Source: Dehalococcoidia bacterium (GTDB lineage: Bacteria > Chloroflexota > Dehalococcoidia > Plut-88900). From it: 64,000 nucleotides of DNA. Below are positions 8,642 through 18,779 of the stretch, piece by piece. Where the stretch lies: contig OY764147.1 of NCBI GenBank assembly GCA_963668115.1, forward strand, positions 1,928,345 to 1,992,344. Direction: 5' to 3'. Made by a program: the position numbers and the translations under genes. Numbering within the stretch: position 1 is the first letter of the stretch; each line of letters begins with the position of its first letter. The notes beneath the pieces are model-generated. The model did no database searches and had not been told where the DNA came from. It saw nothing but the letters and a program-made list of their open reading frames with translations.

Positions 8642-9571
8642 ATGACAAAGGTGAAGTTCGGGCCCATCTACACCCGCATTGAAGACCTGATGGGCCCCGT
8701 GGAGCTGGCGGAGAAGTCAGAGTCCTGGGGCTACGATTCCTTCTGGGTGCCCGACTACATCCTCAAACCCCGCCTCGACGCCCTCATCATCCTTGCCGCC
8801 GCCGCCCAACGCACCTCCACCATAGAGTTGGGGACCGCAGTCATGGTGCTTCCGTACAAGGACCCATTGGTCCTTTCCAAGTCGGCGCTGTCCGTTGACG
8901 TGCTTTCCAATGGGCGGCTGCTGCTGGGGGTGGGGATCGGGGCCAACCCGCGAGAGTTTGACGTGCTTGGTCTGGACATCAAGTACAGGGGTCGGGTGTC
9001 CGACGAACGGCTGGACATCATGTCCCGCATCCTGAACGGTGATACCGTCACACACCACGGACGCTTCCACTCATTTGAAGACGTCGCCATAGGCCCGCCG
9101 TCAGTGAGCAAGCCCCGGATCCCGATATGGCTCGGGGCTCATTGCGGGGGCGGCTGGGCCGAGGGCGCCCTCCGGCGCACGGGCCGCTACGGTGACGGCT
9201 TCATACCCACGGAGGCCAGCATCGAGCAGTACAAGGACGCCATGGACCGCATCTCCCGCTACGCCGAAGAGGCAGGCCGGGACCCATCGCAGATCGAATG
9301 GGGCATCTTCATCTTCATCATCATGGAGGACTCCCGGGAATACGCCGAGCGCAAGGGGTTCGCGGAGCTGGCGGATCGGCTGGACCGGGACTACCCGCTG
9401 GTGCACGGTCGGGCGGCGGCTGCGGGGACGGTGGACGAGTGCATCGAAGCTATACAGGCCTACGTGGACATCGGGGTTACGCACTTCATCCTGGACTCGG
9501 CGTCCCCCGCGGAAGAGATCGTCGAACAGTACGAGCGGGCGGCGAAAGAGATAGTGCCGCACTTCCACTAG
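8642..9571 (+). CDS. LLM-class F420/FMN-dependent oxidoreductase (paralog)
   Basis: 309 aa; MTKVKFGP N-terminus shared with other LLM paralogs; RBS ggagga. Confidence 0.85.
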   Translation: MTKVKFGPIYTRIEDLMGPVELAEKSESWGYDSFWVPDYILKPRLDALIILAAAAQRTSTIELGTAVMVLPYKDPLVLSKSALSVDVLSNGRLLLGVGIGANPREFDVLGLDIKYRGRVSDERLDIMSRILNGDTVTHHGRFHSFEDVAIGPPSVSKPRIPIWLGAHCGGGWAEGALRRTGRYGDGFIPTEASIEQYKDAMDRISRYAEEAGRDPSQIEWGIFIFIIMEDSREYAERKGFAELADRLDRDYPLVHGRAAAAGTVDECIEAIQAYVDIGVTHFILDSASPAEEIVEQYERAAKEIVPHFH

Positions 9572-9619
9572 GCCCACCGAAGCCACGCATTGTGGAGTTG
9601 TCCAGGAGACCTGGGAGGG

Positions 9620-10597
9620 TCAGGCCGAGGGCTTGATCCCCCTCACCAAAGGCAGAACTTCCTGAGCGAACCTCTCGTACTGTTCCATCATCCGCTCAGG
9701 GACAACCCCCGCGTTCATCACGAAGTGCGTGACTCCCGCATCGACGTACTCCTGGATCCCCTCTGCACAGTCCTCCGCTCGACCCGACACGTTAGCCTCC
9801 CCACGCACCGCCCTGGTATGGCTCCTCCGCCGGTTGGACTCCGCCTCCAGCGTTTCCCAGGCGCGCTCCGGGTCGTCATCGAGGCAGAACCAGAGCACGG
9901 TGCCGAACTCGATTGCGTCCGGGTCGCGCTTGGCATCTCGGGCGTAGGCGCGTACCTTTTCCCGCACGGCCCTATATTCTGACGCGGGAACCAGGGTGGG
10001 CACGAAGCCGTCCGCCATATTGCCGGCCCTCACGACTGTCGACTCCACGAGGCCGTTTTTCCACAGGGGGCCCATCCAGATCGGGGGGTGGGGCTTCTGC
10101 GCGGTCTCGGGTCCCACCTGCACTCCATCCATCTGATGGAACTTGCCCTTATGGGAGACGTTCTCTCCGGAAAGGAGCTTGCGCAGCAGCATGAGCTTTT
10201 CGTCTGCCATCTTGCCTCGTTCGTGGATGTCGAGGCCGAGGGCGTCGAACTCCCTCTTGTTGCTCCCCACCCCCAATCCCAATATAACGCGCCCGTTGGT
10301 TAGGACGTCCACCGTTGCCACCGACTTTGCCAGCAGCAGCGGATGCCTGTACGGGAGCACCATCACCGCGGTTCCCAGCAGAATATGGTTCGTCCTCTGG
10401 GAGGCAGCGGCGAGAAGGGCAAGGGGGTCGGGGGAGCCGCCGAGGGCGAAGTCGGTGGTCCAGAAGGAGTCGAAGCCTGCGGCCTCGGCGCGGACCGCCA
10501 TGTCGACAGCCTCGGTCGGGTCGTTTATGTGGGAGTGCATTATTCCGAATTTCACGTCAGCAGCATCCTGTCCTAAAGAAAGATAAAGGGCTGGCAC
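9620..10597 (-). CDS. LLM-class F420/FMN-dependent oxidoreductase (paralog); start uncertain (possibly GTG about 10555)
   Basis: 325 aa LLM signature; by analogy with the other paralogs the N-terminus may begin at VKFGIMH. Confidence 0.8.
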   Translation of the reverse strand: MPALYLSLGQDAADVKFGIMHSHINDPTEAVDMAVRAEAAGFDSFWTTDFALGGSPDPLALLAAASQRTNHILLGTAVMVLPYRHPLLLAKSVATVDVLTNGRVILGLGVGSNKREFDALGLDIHERGKMADEKLMLLRKLLSGENVSHKGKFHQMDGVQVGPETAQKPHPPIWMGPLWKNGLVESTVVRAGNMADGFVPTLVPASEYRAVREKVRAYARDAKRDPDAIEFGTVLWFCLDDDPERAWETLEAESNRRRSHTRAVRGEANVSGRAEDCAEGIQEYVDAGVTHFVMNAGVVPERMMEQYERFAQEVLPLVRGIKPSA

Positions 10598-10655
10598 AGA
10601 ATGCCAACCCTTTTCTCATTGTCAGCTAAACCAGGTTGTTTTCGGTGTACCGCCC

Positions 10656-11819
10656 CTACAGATTCGCCACGAACTTCCTTATCCCCTCCACCCCCTTCTC
10701 CAGGTTTTCCATGCTTGTGGCGAAAGATATACGCACAAACCCCTCCCCGTATGCTCCGAAGGAGATGCCCGGGAGCACTGCAACGCCGTTTTCGTAGAGC
10801 AGCCGGTCGCCGAACTCCTGCGCCGAAAGCCCGAGGTCTGACACATTCGGGAAGAGGTAGAAGGCGCCCTCGGGCTTGACGCAGCGGATGCCGTCAATTT
10901 CGTTCAGGGCGTCGCAGGTCATGTCCCTGCGCCTTCGGAACTCCGCAACCATCGCCTGGGGCTCTTCCTTGGAACCCTCCAGGGCCGCAATCCCCGCCTT
11001 CTGGACAAAGGGCGCTGTGCAGGAGACGCTGTTCACCATCAGCTTGGAGATGTGGGGCACCAGCTCCGACGGGAACACCCCGTACCCGAGCCTCCATCCC
11101 GTCATGGCATAGGTCTTCGAAAAGCCGTCCAGGATTACGGAATGTTCCAGCATTCCCGGCAACTGGGCAATGCTGGTGTGAGTGCTGTCGTAGACGATGT
11201 CCCTGTACATCTCGTCGGAGAGGACCAGGATGTCGTTCTCCTTGGCCATATCGGCGACGGCCTCCAGGTCCTCCCTGTCCATCATGCCGCCCGTCGGGTT
11301 GTGGGGAGAGTTGAGGATGATCAGCCGGGTGCGGGAAGTAATGGAGCGCCTCACCTCGTCGAGGTCGGGCTTAAAGCCTTCCTCTTCGTACAGGCGCATG
11401 GGCACGGGCGTAGCCCCCGAGAACTTGATCATCGACTCATAAATCGGGAAGCCGGGGTTCGGGTAGATAACTTCGTCTCCCTCTTCAACCAGGGCAGTGA
11501 GGAGGAAGTACATAATCGGCTTGGCGCCCGGCGTGACAATGATCGAGTCGGGGGAAACGTCAATGCCGCGGGTCTCGGAGGTGTGCTTTGCCACTGCTGC
11601 CCGGACATCGGGTAGGCCGGCTGCGGGCCCGTAGTGGGTGAAGCCTCCGTCAAGAGCGTCCTTGGCCGCTCCGATGATGTGGCCGGGGGTGTCGAAGTCG
11701 GGTTCGCCCAGCTCCAGGTGGACGACGTCGACACCCGTCGCCGCCAGCGCATTGGCCTTGACCAGGACCTCGAACGCGGTCTCGGTGCCCAGGTTGCTCA
11801 TTCTCGAGGCCAGTTTCAT
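10656..11819 (-). CDS. PLP-dependent aminotransferase class I (aspartate/aromatic aminotransferase-like)
   Basis: 387 aa; [16 protein letters not shown]-lysine motif; NSPHNPTG motif. Confidence 0.85.
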   Translation of the reverse strand: MKLASRMSNLGTETAFEVLVKANALAATGVDVVHLELGEPDFDTPGHIIGAAKDALDGGFTHYGPAAGLPDVRAAVAKHTSETRGIDVSPDSIIVTPGAKPIMYFLLTALVEEGDEVIYPNPGFPIYESMIKFSGATPVPMRLYEEEGFKPDLDEVRRSITSRTRLIILNSPHNPTGGMMDREDLEAVADMAKENDILVLSDEMYRDIVYDSTHTSIAQLPGMLEHSVILDGFSKTYAMTGWRLGYGVFPSELVPHISKLMVNSVSCTAPFVQKAGIAALEGSKEEPQAMVAEFRRRRDMTCDALNEIDGIRCVKPEGAFYLFPNVSDLGLSAQEFGDRLLYENGVAVLPGISFGAYGEGFVRISFATSMENLEKGVEGIRKFVANL

Positions 11820-11953
11820 TTTCCGTGCTCCTCCCGGGACGCAAATGTCATAAATTACAGGCGGGAATTATATCACGGCCACGGTTACATCCATTAAGGC
11901 TTTCAGCTAGAATGACCCCCGACTCCCTACAGCACCCCCAAGAGGTTTGCGCC

Positions 11954-12898
11954 ATGCCCAAAGTCGAATTCGGACCCCTTTACACCACCATGGAGAAGTA
12001 CATCGGACCCGTGGAGTTCGCCGAAAAGGCCGAAGCCTGGGGATACGACTACTACTGGGTGCCCGACTACGTCACGCTTAGCCCCATGGACGCCTTTGTG
12101 CTGCTTTCGGCGGTGGGGCAGAGGACGAACTCCATCAAGTTGGGGACCGCCGTTGTGGTTGTGCCGTTCAGGACGCCCTTCCAGCTTGCCAAGGCCTCGG
12201 CGACGGTGGACGTGTTGTCGGGTGGGCGTTTCACCTTGGGGGTGGGGATAGGGGGCGCCGTGCCCCGGGACTTCGATGTCGCCCAGGTCGACATGCGAAA
12301 GCGCGGCCGCATCTCCAACGAGACCCTCCACATCACCCGCCGCCTCCTCACCGAGGAGAACGTCAGCCACCGCGGCCACTACTATTCATTCGACGACCTT
12401 ACAATCGAGCCACGGCCCGTAAACGACTCCGGGATACCTATCTGGATAGGTTCCATCTGTAACAACGGCTTCCCGCAGGGTGTCGTGGACCGGGCGGCAC
12501 GCTACGGCGACGGATTCTGCCCTACCGACACCCCAATCGAAGAGTTCAAGAAGGTCCAGGAGCGTGTCCGTGCCAGGGCGGCAGAGCTGGGTCGGGACCC
12601 GGACTCCATACAATGGGGCTTGCTGGCCTGGACCTGTGGCGGTAGTTCCAAGGAAGAGGCACGGCAGACGGCGAGCCGAGAGATAAGCAAACGGCTGGAG
12701 TCGGAGTGGGACGTGCAGGCGGACAACGGGTACATTCTCGGGACTCCCGAGGAGATGGCCGAGACCCTTCAGGGCTACGTGGATATTGGGGTGACGAATT
12801 TCGTCGTGGACCCGGCCTGCGCACCGGAAGACATGCTCGAAATGTTCGAGGTCTTCGCGAAAGAGGTCACACCCCACTTCAGGGGCGAAGACAGCTGA
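11954..12898 (+). CDS. LLM-class F420/FMN-dependent oxidoreductase (paralog)
   Basis: MPKVEFGPLY start at ATG 11954 (the longer ORF from 11825 has no LLM-like N-terminus); stop overlaps the next LLM start (ATGA). Confidence 0.8.
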   Translation: MPKVEFGPLYTTMEKYIGPVEFAEKAEAWGYDYYWVPDYVTLSPMDAFVLLSAVGQRTNSIKLGTAVVVVPFRTPFQLAKASATVDVLSGGRFTLGVGIGGAVPRDFDVAQVDMRKRGRISNETLHITRRLLTEENVSHRGHYYSFDDLTIEPRPVNDSGIPIWIGSICNNGFPQGVVDRAARYGDGFCPTDTPIEEFKKVQERVRARAAELGRDPDSIQWGLLAWTCGGSSKEEARQTASREISKRLESEWDVQADNGYILGTPEEMAETLQGYVDIGVTNFVVDPACAPEDMLEMFEVFAKEVTPHFRGEDS

Positions 12899-13848
12899 TG
12901 AGCGAATTGGGATTCGGGGTTACCCTGTTCGACGCGAATGAGAGGCCGGTTATCAAGCAGGGTGTCGACGCAGAGGCATGGGGCTATTCCATCTTCTGGG
13001 CCCCCGAGTTTTTGGGCATCCCCACCCTTGAACCCTTTCCCGTCCTCTCAGCAGTAGCACAGCACACCACCAGCATCAGGCTGGGCACCGGAATAGCGGG
13101 GCTGGCCGTTCGCAGCCCCGTCCAGATGGCCAAGGCCGCAGTCACCACCGACATCCTTTCCAACGGCCGGCTGGTGTTGGGGCTGGGGTTGGGGGGACTT
13201 GTTCCCATCGATCTGGAGGTCGAAGGCATCCCCAATCTCAGGGAACGCGGGCGCATCTCCAATGAGCGCCTCGAAATCCTCTATAGGCTCTTTACCGAGC
13301 GCATCGTTTCCTATTCCGGTGACTACTATGATTTCAAGGACTTTACCCTGGGTCCCGACCCCGTGCAGAAGCCCCGAGTCCCCATCTGGCTCGGGGCACG
13401 GTGGACGGGCAAGATAGCCGATGCTGCCCTCAAGCGCGCCGGGACCTACGCCGACGTCTTCATCTTCCCCGCCGACACCCCAACGTCCTACTATACTTAC
13501 GGCAAGGAAAAGGTCCGGGCCTACGCCGAAGCCGCGGGTCGGGACCCGGACGCCATAGGCTTCGCAAGCACCATGTGGACGTGCCTCGGGCCGTCTCGGG
13601 AGAAGGCAATTGAAGTCGCCGACCGCATCATCCCGGAGATGCTCAGCGTGCCCTGGGTGGTGCCGGACAACGCCTGCTACGGCATGGGCACCCCCGAGGA
13701 CTGCATCGCAACGGTGGAGGAGTTCGCCGAACTGGGTGTATCGCACCTCATCATGAACCCCTGCTGCGATTACGAAGAGGTCACGGCGCAGACCGAGCAG
13801 TTCGGTCGGGAGGTAATATCGCACTTCAAGTCGGGTGATGCCTCGTGA
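12898..13848 (+). CDS. LLM-class F420/FMN-dependent oxidoreductase (paralog; near-duplicate of 13845..14792)
   Basis: ATG 12898 overlaps upstream stop; MSELGFGVTLFD N-terminus; highly similar to the downstream gene. Confidence 0.8.
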   Translation: MSELGFGVTLFDANERPVIKQGVDAEAWGYSIFWAPEFLGIPTLEPFPVLSAVAQHTTSIRLGTGIAGLAVRSPVQMAKAAVTTDILSNGRLVLGLGLGGLVPIDLEVEGIPNLRERGRISNERLEILYRLFTERIVSYSGDYYDFKDFTLGPDPVQKPRVPIWLGARWTGKIADAALKRAGTYADVFIFPADTPTSYYTYGKEKVRAYAEAAGRDPDAIGFASTMWTCLGPSREKAIEVADRIIPEMLSVPWVVPDNACYGMGTPEDCIATVEEFAELGVSHLIMNPCCDYEEVTAQTEQFGREVISHFKSGDAS

Positions 13849-14792
13849 CAATAATGGAGTTCGGGGTTACCCACACCGGGCTAAGTGACCGCTCGCCGGT
13901 GCGGCAGGGCATGGACGCCGAGGCCTGGGGCTACGGCATTTTCTGGGCGCCCGAATTCCTCGCGATTCCGACCCTTGAACCCTTTTCCGTCCTCTCAGCC
14001 GTGGCCCAGCGCACCTCCACTATCAAGCTAGGCACGGGCGTCGCAGGGCTGGCACTGCGCAGTCCATTCCAGCTAGCCAAGGCTGCCATCACCACGGACA
14101 TCCTATCCGACGGACGGCTGGTACTCGGGCTGGGCCTGGGGGGTGTCCATCCCAAAGACCTGGAGGTTGAGGGCATTCCCAACCTGCGGGAACGGGGCCG
14201 GGTCTCCAACGAGAGGCTGGAAATCCTTTACCGGCTCTTCACCGAGAAGAACGTCTCCCACTCCGGCGAATACTACCAGTTCGAGGACTTCACCCTCACC
14301 CCCGACCCCGTGCAAAGGCCCCATGTTCCCATCTGGGTCGGGGCACGGTGGTCGGGCAAGATCTTCGACGCCGCCCTGAAGCGCGCCGGGACCTACGCCG
14401 ACGTCTTCATCTTCCCCGCCGACACGCCGACGGACTACTACCCGGGCGCCAAGGAGAAGATCAGGAAGTACGCCGAAGCTGCGGGCCGGGACCCGGGCGA
14501 TATCCGTTTCGCCTCGACTCTCTGGACTTGTCTTGCCTCATCGCGGGAAGAAGCAAAGGCCATTGCCAACCGTGAGATTACCCGTTCGCTGCAAGTCCCC
14601 TGGGTGGTCCCCGACAACGCCTGCTACGGGCTCGGGACGCCGGAAGACTGCATAGCTACCGTGGAGGAATTCGCAGACCTCGGCGTCTCCCATCTACTCC
14701 TGGCCCCCTGCTGCACTCCCGAAGAGATTACCGCCCAGACGGAGCAGTTCGGCCGCGAAGTCGTATCCCATTTCAAAGGTGATGCCCAATGA
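13845..14792 (+). CDS. LLM-class F420/FMN-dependent oxidoreductase (tandem duplicate)
   Basis: 315 aa; most residues identical to 12898..13848; 4-bp overlaps on both sides. Confidence 0.85.
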   Translation: MTIMEFGVTHTGLSDRSPVRQGMDAEAWGYGIFWAPEFLAIPTLEPFSVLSAVAQRTSTIKLGTGVAGLALRSPFQLAKAAITTDILSDGRLVLGLGLGGVHPKDLEVEGIPNLRERGRVSNERLEILYRLFTEKNVSHSGEYYQFEDFTLTPDPVQRPHVPIWVGARWSGKIFDAALKRAGTYADVFIFPADTPTDYYPGAKEKIRKYAEAAGRDPGDIRFASTLWTCLASSREEAKAIANREITRSLQVPWVVPDNACYGLGTPEDCIATVEEFADLGVSHLLLAPCCTPEEITAQTEQFGREVVSHFKGDAQ

Positions 14793-15718
14793 ACAAAATC
14801 CAGTTCGGACCCCTCTTTTTCCCTACCGAAGAAGGCCCCGAGGCCCTCGAACTCGCCAAAATGGCCGATGACCTCGGGTACGACTACTTCTGGGTCCCTG
14901 ACTACGTGACCCTGCCTTACCTGGACGCCTTCGTCCTGCTGGCAGCAGCCGCCCGGGAGACGAAGAACGTGAGGCTCGGAACTGCGGTGACGCTGGCGCC
15001 TTTCCGGTCGCCCTTCCAGATGTTCAAGGATGCGGCGTCGGTGGACGTGCTTTCGGATGGTCGGCTGACGCTGGGCGTGGGTATCGGCGCCGTGGCCCGG
15101 GACTTCGAGATCGCTCAGGTCGACTTCCGTAAGCGCGGCCGCATCTCCGATGAGTACATCGACATCACCCGACGCCTCTTAGCCGGGGAGCACGTGGACT
15201 ACGACGGTGAGTTCTACAGCTTCCGCGACCTGACTATGGGCCCTCGACCCGTCCAGCAGCCCGTTCCCATCTGGATCGGGGCAAATGGGCAGAGCGGCTT
15301 TCCACCGGGTGTGCTGCGTAGAGCAGGGCGCCTCGGGGACGGCTTTTTCCCCACCGAGACCCCCATCAAGACCTTTATGGAGGCCCAGGCCAGCATCCAG
15401 GAGCACGCCGAGGCCGCAGGCCGCAATCCCGACAACATCGGATGGGGCCTGCTAACCTGGAGCGCCCTGGCCGACAACCGGGAAGAGGGGGTCAGGACGG
15501 CTGAAAGGGAGATCGGGGCCCGGCTGAACAAAGTGCACACGGTGAACCCGGATGCCGGGTACGCAGTCGGGCGGCCCGAGGACATGATCGAGACCATAGA
15601 GTCCTTCGCCAAGATCGGTGTAACCAACTTCGTCATAGATCCCGGATGCCACCCCCGTGACATACGCACCCTCGTCGAGACCTTCGCCAAAGAGGTCATG
15701 CCCCACTTCCGAGATTAG
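14789..15718 (+). CDS. LLM-class F420/FMN-dependent oxidoreductase (paralog)
   Basis: 309 aa; MNKIQFGPLF N-terminus; start overlaps upstream stop. Confidence 0.85.
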   Translation: MNKIQFGPLFFPTEEGPEALELAKMADDLGYDYFWVPDYVTLPYLDAFVLLAAAARETKNVRLGTAVTLAPFRSPFQMFKDAASVDVLSDGRLTLGVGIGAVARDFEIAQVDFRKRGRISDEYIDITRRLLAGEHVDYDGEFYSFRDLTMGPRPVQQPVPIWIGANGQSGFPPGVLRRAGRLGDGFFPTETPIKTFMEAQASIQEHAEAAGRNPDNIGWGLLTWSALADNREEGVRTAEREIGARLNKVHTVNPDAGYAVGRPEDMIETIESFAKIGVTNFVIDPGCHPRDIRTLVETFAKEVMPHFRD

Positions 15719-15745
15719 TGCGCAGTTAAATCCAAGGAGATTGTC

Positions 15746-16726
15746 ATGGCGTTAAAAATAGGAATCCACGCCGGCCCACAGGACTGCTCCTACGAAGACC
15801 TGAAGCGGCTGTGGCACATGGCCGACTCCTCGGGGTTTTACTGGGTCTCGGTCTGGGACCACTTCTACGAGACCCCGGTTATCGACGGCAAGGGCCCCTG
15901 CTTCGAGGCCGTGTCCATCATGACCGCGCTGGCTGCGGAGACGAAGAACGTACGAGTCGGGTGCCTGGTGTTCTGCGTCGGGACCCGGAACCCCGGTCTT
16001 TTGGCTAAGGCAGCTGTCACCATCGACCACGTCAGTAACGGGCGTTTGGAACTAGGAATCGGCTACGGCCCGTGGGGTCCGGAATACGTCGCCTATGGGC
16101 TTGACCTGCCTACAATGAAGGCCCAGATGGACATCCTGGAGGAGGCGGCGCAAATCACCCGCTCCATGCTCCACAACGGGACCACCAGCTTCCAGGGTAA
16201 ACATTTCCAGATCGAAAATGCCCACGTCTACCCCCGACCTATCCAGGACCCCCCGAGGCTGTGGATAGCGGGCATAGGAGAAAGGCGCATTCTGCCAATG
16301 GTCGCCCGCTACGCCGACGGCTGGAACGCCACTTACATCCCCGACGCGGCCTTCAAGTCCAAGAACGAGCTGTTGAACAGGCTATGTGAGGAGCAGGGTC
16401 GGGACCCGGCGGAGATCGCCCGTACCTGCAACGTAGGCTTCTACATGGGCGCCGACGAAAAAGCCGCCCAGCGAAAGCGTCGGGAGTTCGAGGAGAAATG
16501 GGGTCGGGGGGAGGCGGGTCCCGACGACGCGAAATACGACAAAGACCGGGACTACCTGGCGGAGTTCGAACAAGGGATGATCTTCGGCACCGCCCAGAAC
16601 GCCATCGAGCGGCTCGGGAGTTTGCAGGAGTCGGGGGCGGACCAAGTCAACATCTCCGTCCGCGCCCCCTTTGACTGGGAGGGGTTGCAGGCCTTTGTGG
16701 AGGAGGTCATTCCAGCGTTCAGTTGA
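15746..16726 (+). CDS. LLM-class F420-dependent oxidoreductase (more divergent paralog)
   Basis: 326 aa; RBS aaggaga; LLM fold motifs (PRLWIAGIGERR). Confidence 0.8.
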   Translation: MALKIGIHAGPQDCSYEDLKRLWHMADSSGFYWVSVWDHFYETPVIDGKGPCFEAVSIMTALAAETKNVRVGCLVFCVGTRNPGLLAKAAVTIDHVSNGRLELGIGYGPWGPEYVAYGLDLPTMKAQMDILEEAAQITRSMLHNGTTSFQGKHFQIENAHVYPRPIQDPPRLWIAGIGERRILPMVARYADGWNATYIPDAAFKSKNELLNRLCEEQGRDPAEIARTCNVGFYMGADEKAAQRKRREFEEKWGRGEAGPDDAKYDKDRDYLAEFEQGMIFGTAQNAIERLGSLQESGADQVNISVRAPFDWEGLQAFVEEVIPAFS

Positions 16727-16746
16727 GTTGCCCTACGGTGACACCT

Positions 16747-16959
16747 ATGAATAGGGCCGATAAAGCGGAAATCACATTCATAGTCAGCGTCGACGAACTG
16801 GACGGTGGCTATTCTGCTAGCGCCTTGGAGTTTGGCATCCATACCCAGGCCGACACGCTTGACGAGCTGCACTACAACATGGCAGAGGCCGTCGAGTGCT
16901 ACTTTGATGATGGGCAGGCATTGCCGCGGATTCGGGTAACTACGGATATTCCAAGTTAA
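16747..16959 (+). CDS. HicB-like / UPF0150-family small antitoxin-like protein (no adjacent HicA)
   Basis: 70 aa from ATG 16747; ITFIVSVDELDGGYSASALEFGIHTQADTLDE pattern typical of HicB N-domain. Confidence 0.5.
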   Translation: MNRADKAEITFIVSVDELDGGYSASALEFGIHTQADTLDELHYNMAEAVECYFDDGQALPRIRVTTDIPS

Positions 16960-16986
16960 CTTTACGGGGGCGAGGACCCCTATGCC

Positions 16987-18330
16987 CTACCCCTCCTCCG
17001 TCACCCGATCAACGAACTCCTTCGCCAGCCCGAGATACGAGTCGGGGTCCAGCAGCCGGTCTATCTCCGCCTCTGATAGGACATTGGTGACCCTTTCGTC
17101 CTCCATCAGCAGGTCTTTCAGCCACCGACCCTCCTCGAAGGCTTTCTGGGCGGCCTCGTAGACCACGTCGTGGGCGGTGAAGCGGCCGAGGGTCTCGGCC
17201 AGCCCGATCATCACCGCCTCCGACATTATCAGGCCCCGGCTGTGGTCCAAGTTCCGGCGCATGGCCTCGGGCTTGACCTGCAGGTTCTCGAAGATGCCGA
17301 TGGACAGGTTCAGCAGGCCCGCGGCAAGGATGCACCCCTCCGACACGAAATGCCATTCGGTGTGCCACACCGCCGAGTCCCGTTCGTCCTCGTGCTCCAG
17401 CCCCTCCAACGCTGCCCCGGCCAGGGCGCGGATGATCCGGGCCACGGCGATCACCTGCTCGGACCAGGTCGGGTTTCGCTTCTGGGGCATCGTGCTGCTG
17501 CCAACCTGCCCCACCCCGAACTTCTCCTCAAGCTCGCCCATTTCAGTCCGCTGCATCAGCACGACCTCGTGGGTCATCTTCGCCAGGCTGCCCGCAATCA
17601 TTGAAAGCACCGTGATGAACTCAACGAGGTTGTCCCGGGCCGAGTGCCAAGTAATGACCGGGTTCCCAAGCCCCAGGTCCTCCATCAGGGCGTCCCGCAC
17701 CTCAGTCGCCCTGTCACCCAGCGACGAAAGCGTGCCCGCCCCACCACTGAACTGCCCTACCAAGAGCCTGGGCTTGCACTGCTCCATCCGCTCGATGTGC
17801 CGGCCCATCTCCGCCGCCCATACAGCCACCTTGTACCCGAAGGTGATCGGCAATGCCTGCTGCCCGTGCGTCCGACCCGCCATAAGAGTACCTCGGTGCT
17901 CCTTTGCCAGGTCGATGAGCGACCGGTGCACTCGCCCCAGGTCCCGATTCAGGATCGCCAGGGCCTGCCTCAGCTGCAGCACCATCCCCGTGTCCATGAT
18001 GTCCTGCGTCGTCGCGCCCCAGTGGATGTACTCACCAGAGTCCCCCGGACAGTGCCGTTCAAGTTCCTTGATTACGGGGACAATGGGGTGTCGGGTCACG
18101 TCCATGTCCCGCTTGATGGCCTCGAGGCTCATTTCACTGGCATTGCAATGGGCGACGATGGCGTCCGCCGCTTCCTGTGGGACCACCCCCAGCCGCCCCT
18201 CGACCCGGGCGAGGGCCGCCTCCACGTCCAGCCAGCACTGGAGCTGGTTCCGCTCCTCGAAAATGGCGCGCATCTCGTCGGTGCCGAACAGGTCCTTGAA
18301 AAACGCCGAGTCCAGGGGTGTCGAGCCCAT
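16987..18330 (-). CDS. Fumarate-lyase superfamily enzyme (adenylosuccinate lyase / 3-carboxy-cis,cis-muconate cycloisomerase-like)
   Basis: 447 aa; GSSTMPQKRNP signature of the aspartase/fumarase family. Confidence 0.8.
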   Translation of the reverse strand: MGSTPLDSAFFKDLFGTDEMRAIFEERNQLQCWLDVEAALARVEGRLGVVPQEAADAIVAHCNASEMSLEAIKRDMDVTRHPIVPVIKELERHCPGDSGEYIHWGATTQDIMDTGMVLQLRQALAILNRDLGRVHRSLIDLAKEHRGTLMAGRTHGQQALPITFGYKVAVWAAEMGRHIERMEQCKPRLLVGQFSGGAGTLSSLGDRATEVRDALMEDLGLGNPVITWHSARDNLVEFITVLSMIAGSLAKMTHEVVLMQRTEMGELEEKFGVGQVGSSTMPQKRNPTWSEQVIAVARIIRALAGAALEGLEHEDERDSAVWHTEWHFVSEGCILAAGLLNLSIGIFENLQVKPEAMRRNLDHSRGLIMSEAVMIGLAETLGRFTAHDVVYEAAQKAFEEGRWLKDLLMEDERVTNVLSEAEIDRLLDPDSYLGLAKEFVDRVTEEG

Positions 18331-18515
18331 GTGATATTCCTTTCAATGTGGGAGGGTGTCGGGAGCGCCCGCCTAGCCTAATGCGGAGGGAGGGGGATGG
18401 CAACACGGGTGTCGCCGTACCCTAATTGTACAGGCGCCGAATCACAAATAGTCGCGCCGGCAATGTTATAATTGATGTATCCCATTTGGAATACACATTT
18501 TTCGGGAGGTATACG

Positions 18516-18779
18516 ATGGCTAAATCCGCAATGGTACGAGCACGGGTAGAGCCCGAATTGAAGCGCCAGGCCGAAGAACTATTTTCGGAGCTTGGATTAT
18601 CTGCCACGGAGGCAATTACACTCTTTTACAGACAGGTCGCAATACACCGAGGCTTACCATTCCCTGTGCGAATTCCAAATGCAGAGACCTTAGAGGCGCT
18701 GCGGCAAGCTGAGAATCGAGAAGACCTCCTTGAATACTCCAGTATCGAAGACTTCAAGGAAGACCTAGAGCGCGCATAG
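18516..18779 (+). CDS. dinJ: RelB/DinJ-family antitoxin
   Basis: 87 aa from ATG 18516 (GGGAGG RBS); MVRARVEPELKRQAEELFSELGLSATEAITLFYRQV matches DinJ; the toxin gene starts immediately after its stop. Confidence 0.75.
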   Translation: MAKSAMVRARVEPELKRQAEELFSELGLSATEAITLFYRQVAIHRGLPFPVRIPNAETLEALRQAENREDLLEYSSIEDFKEDLERA

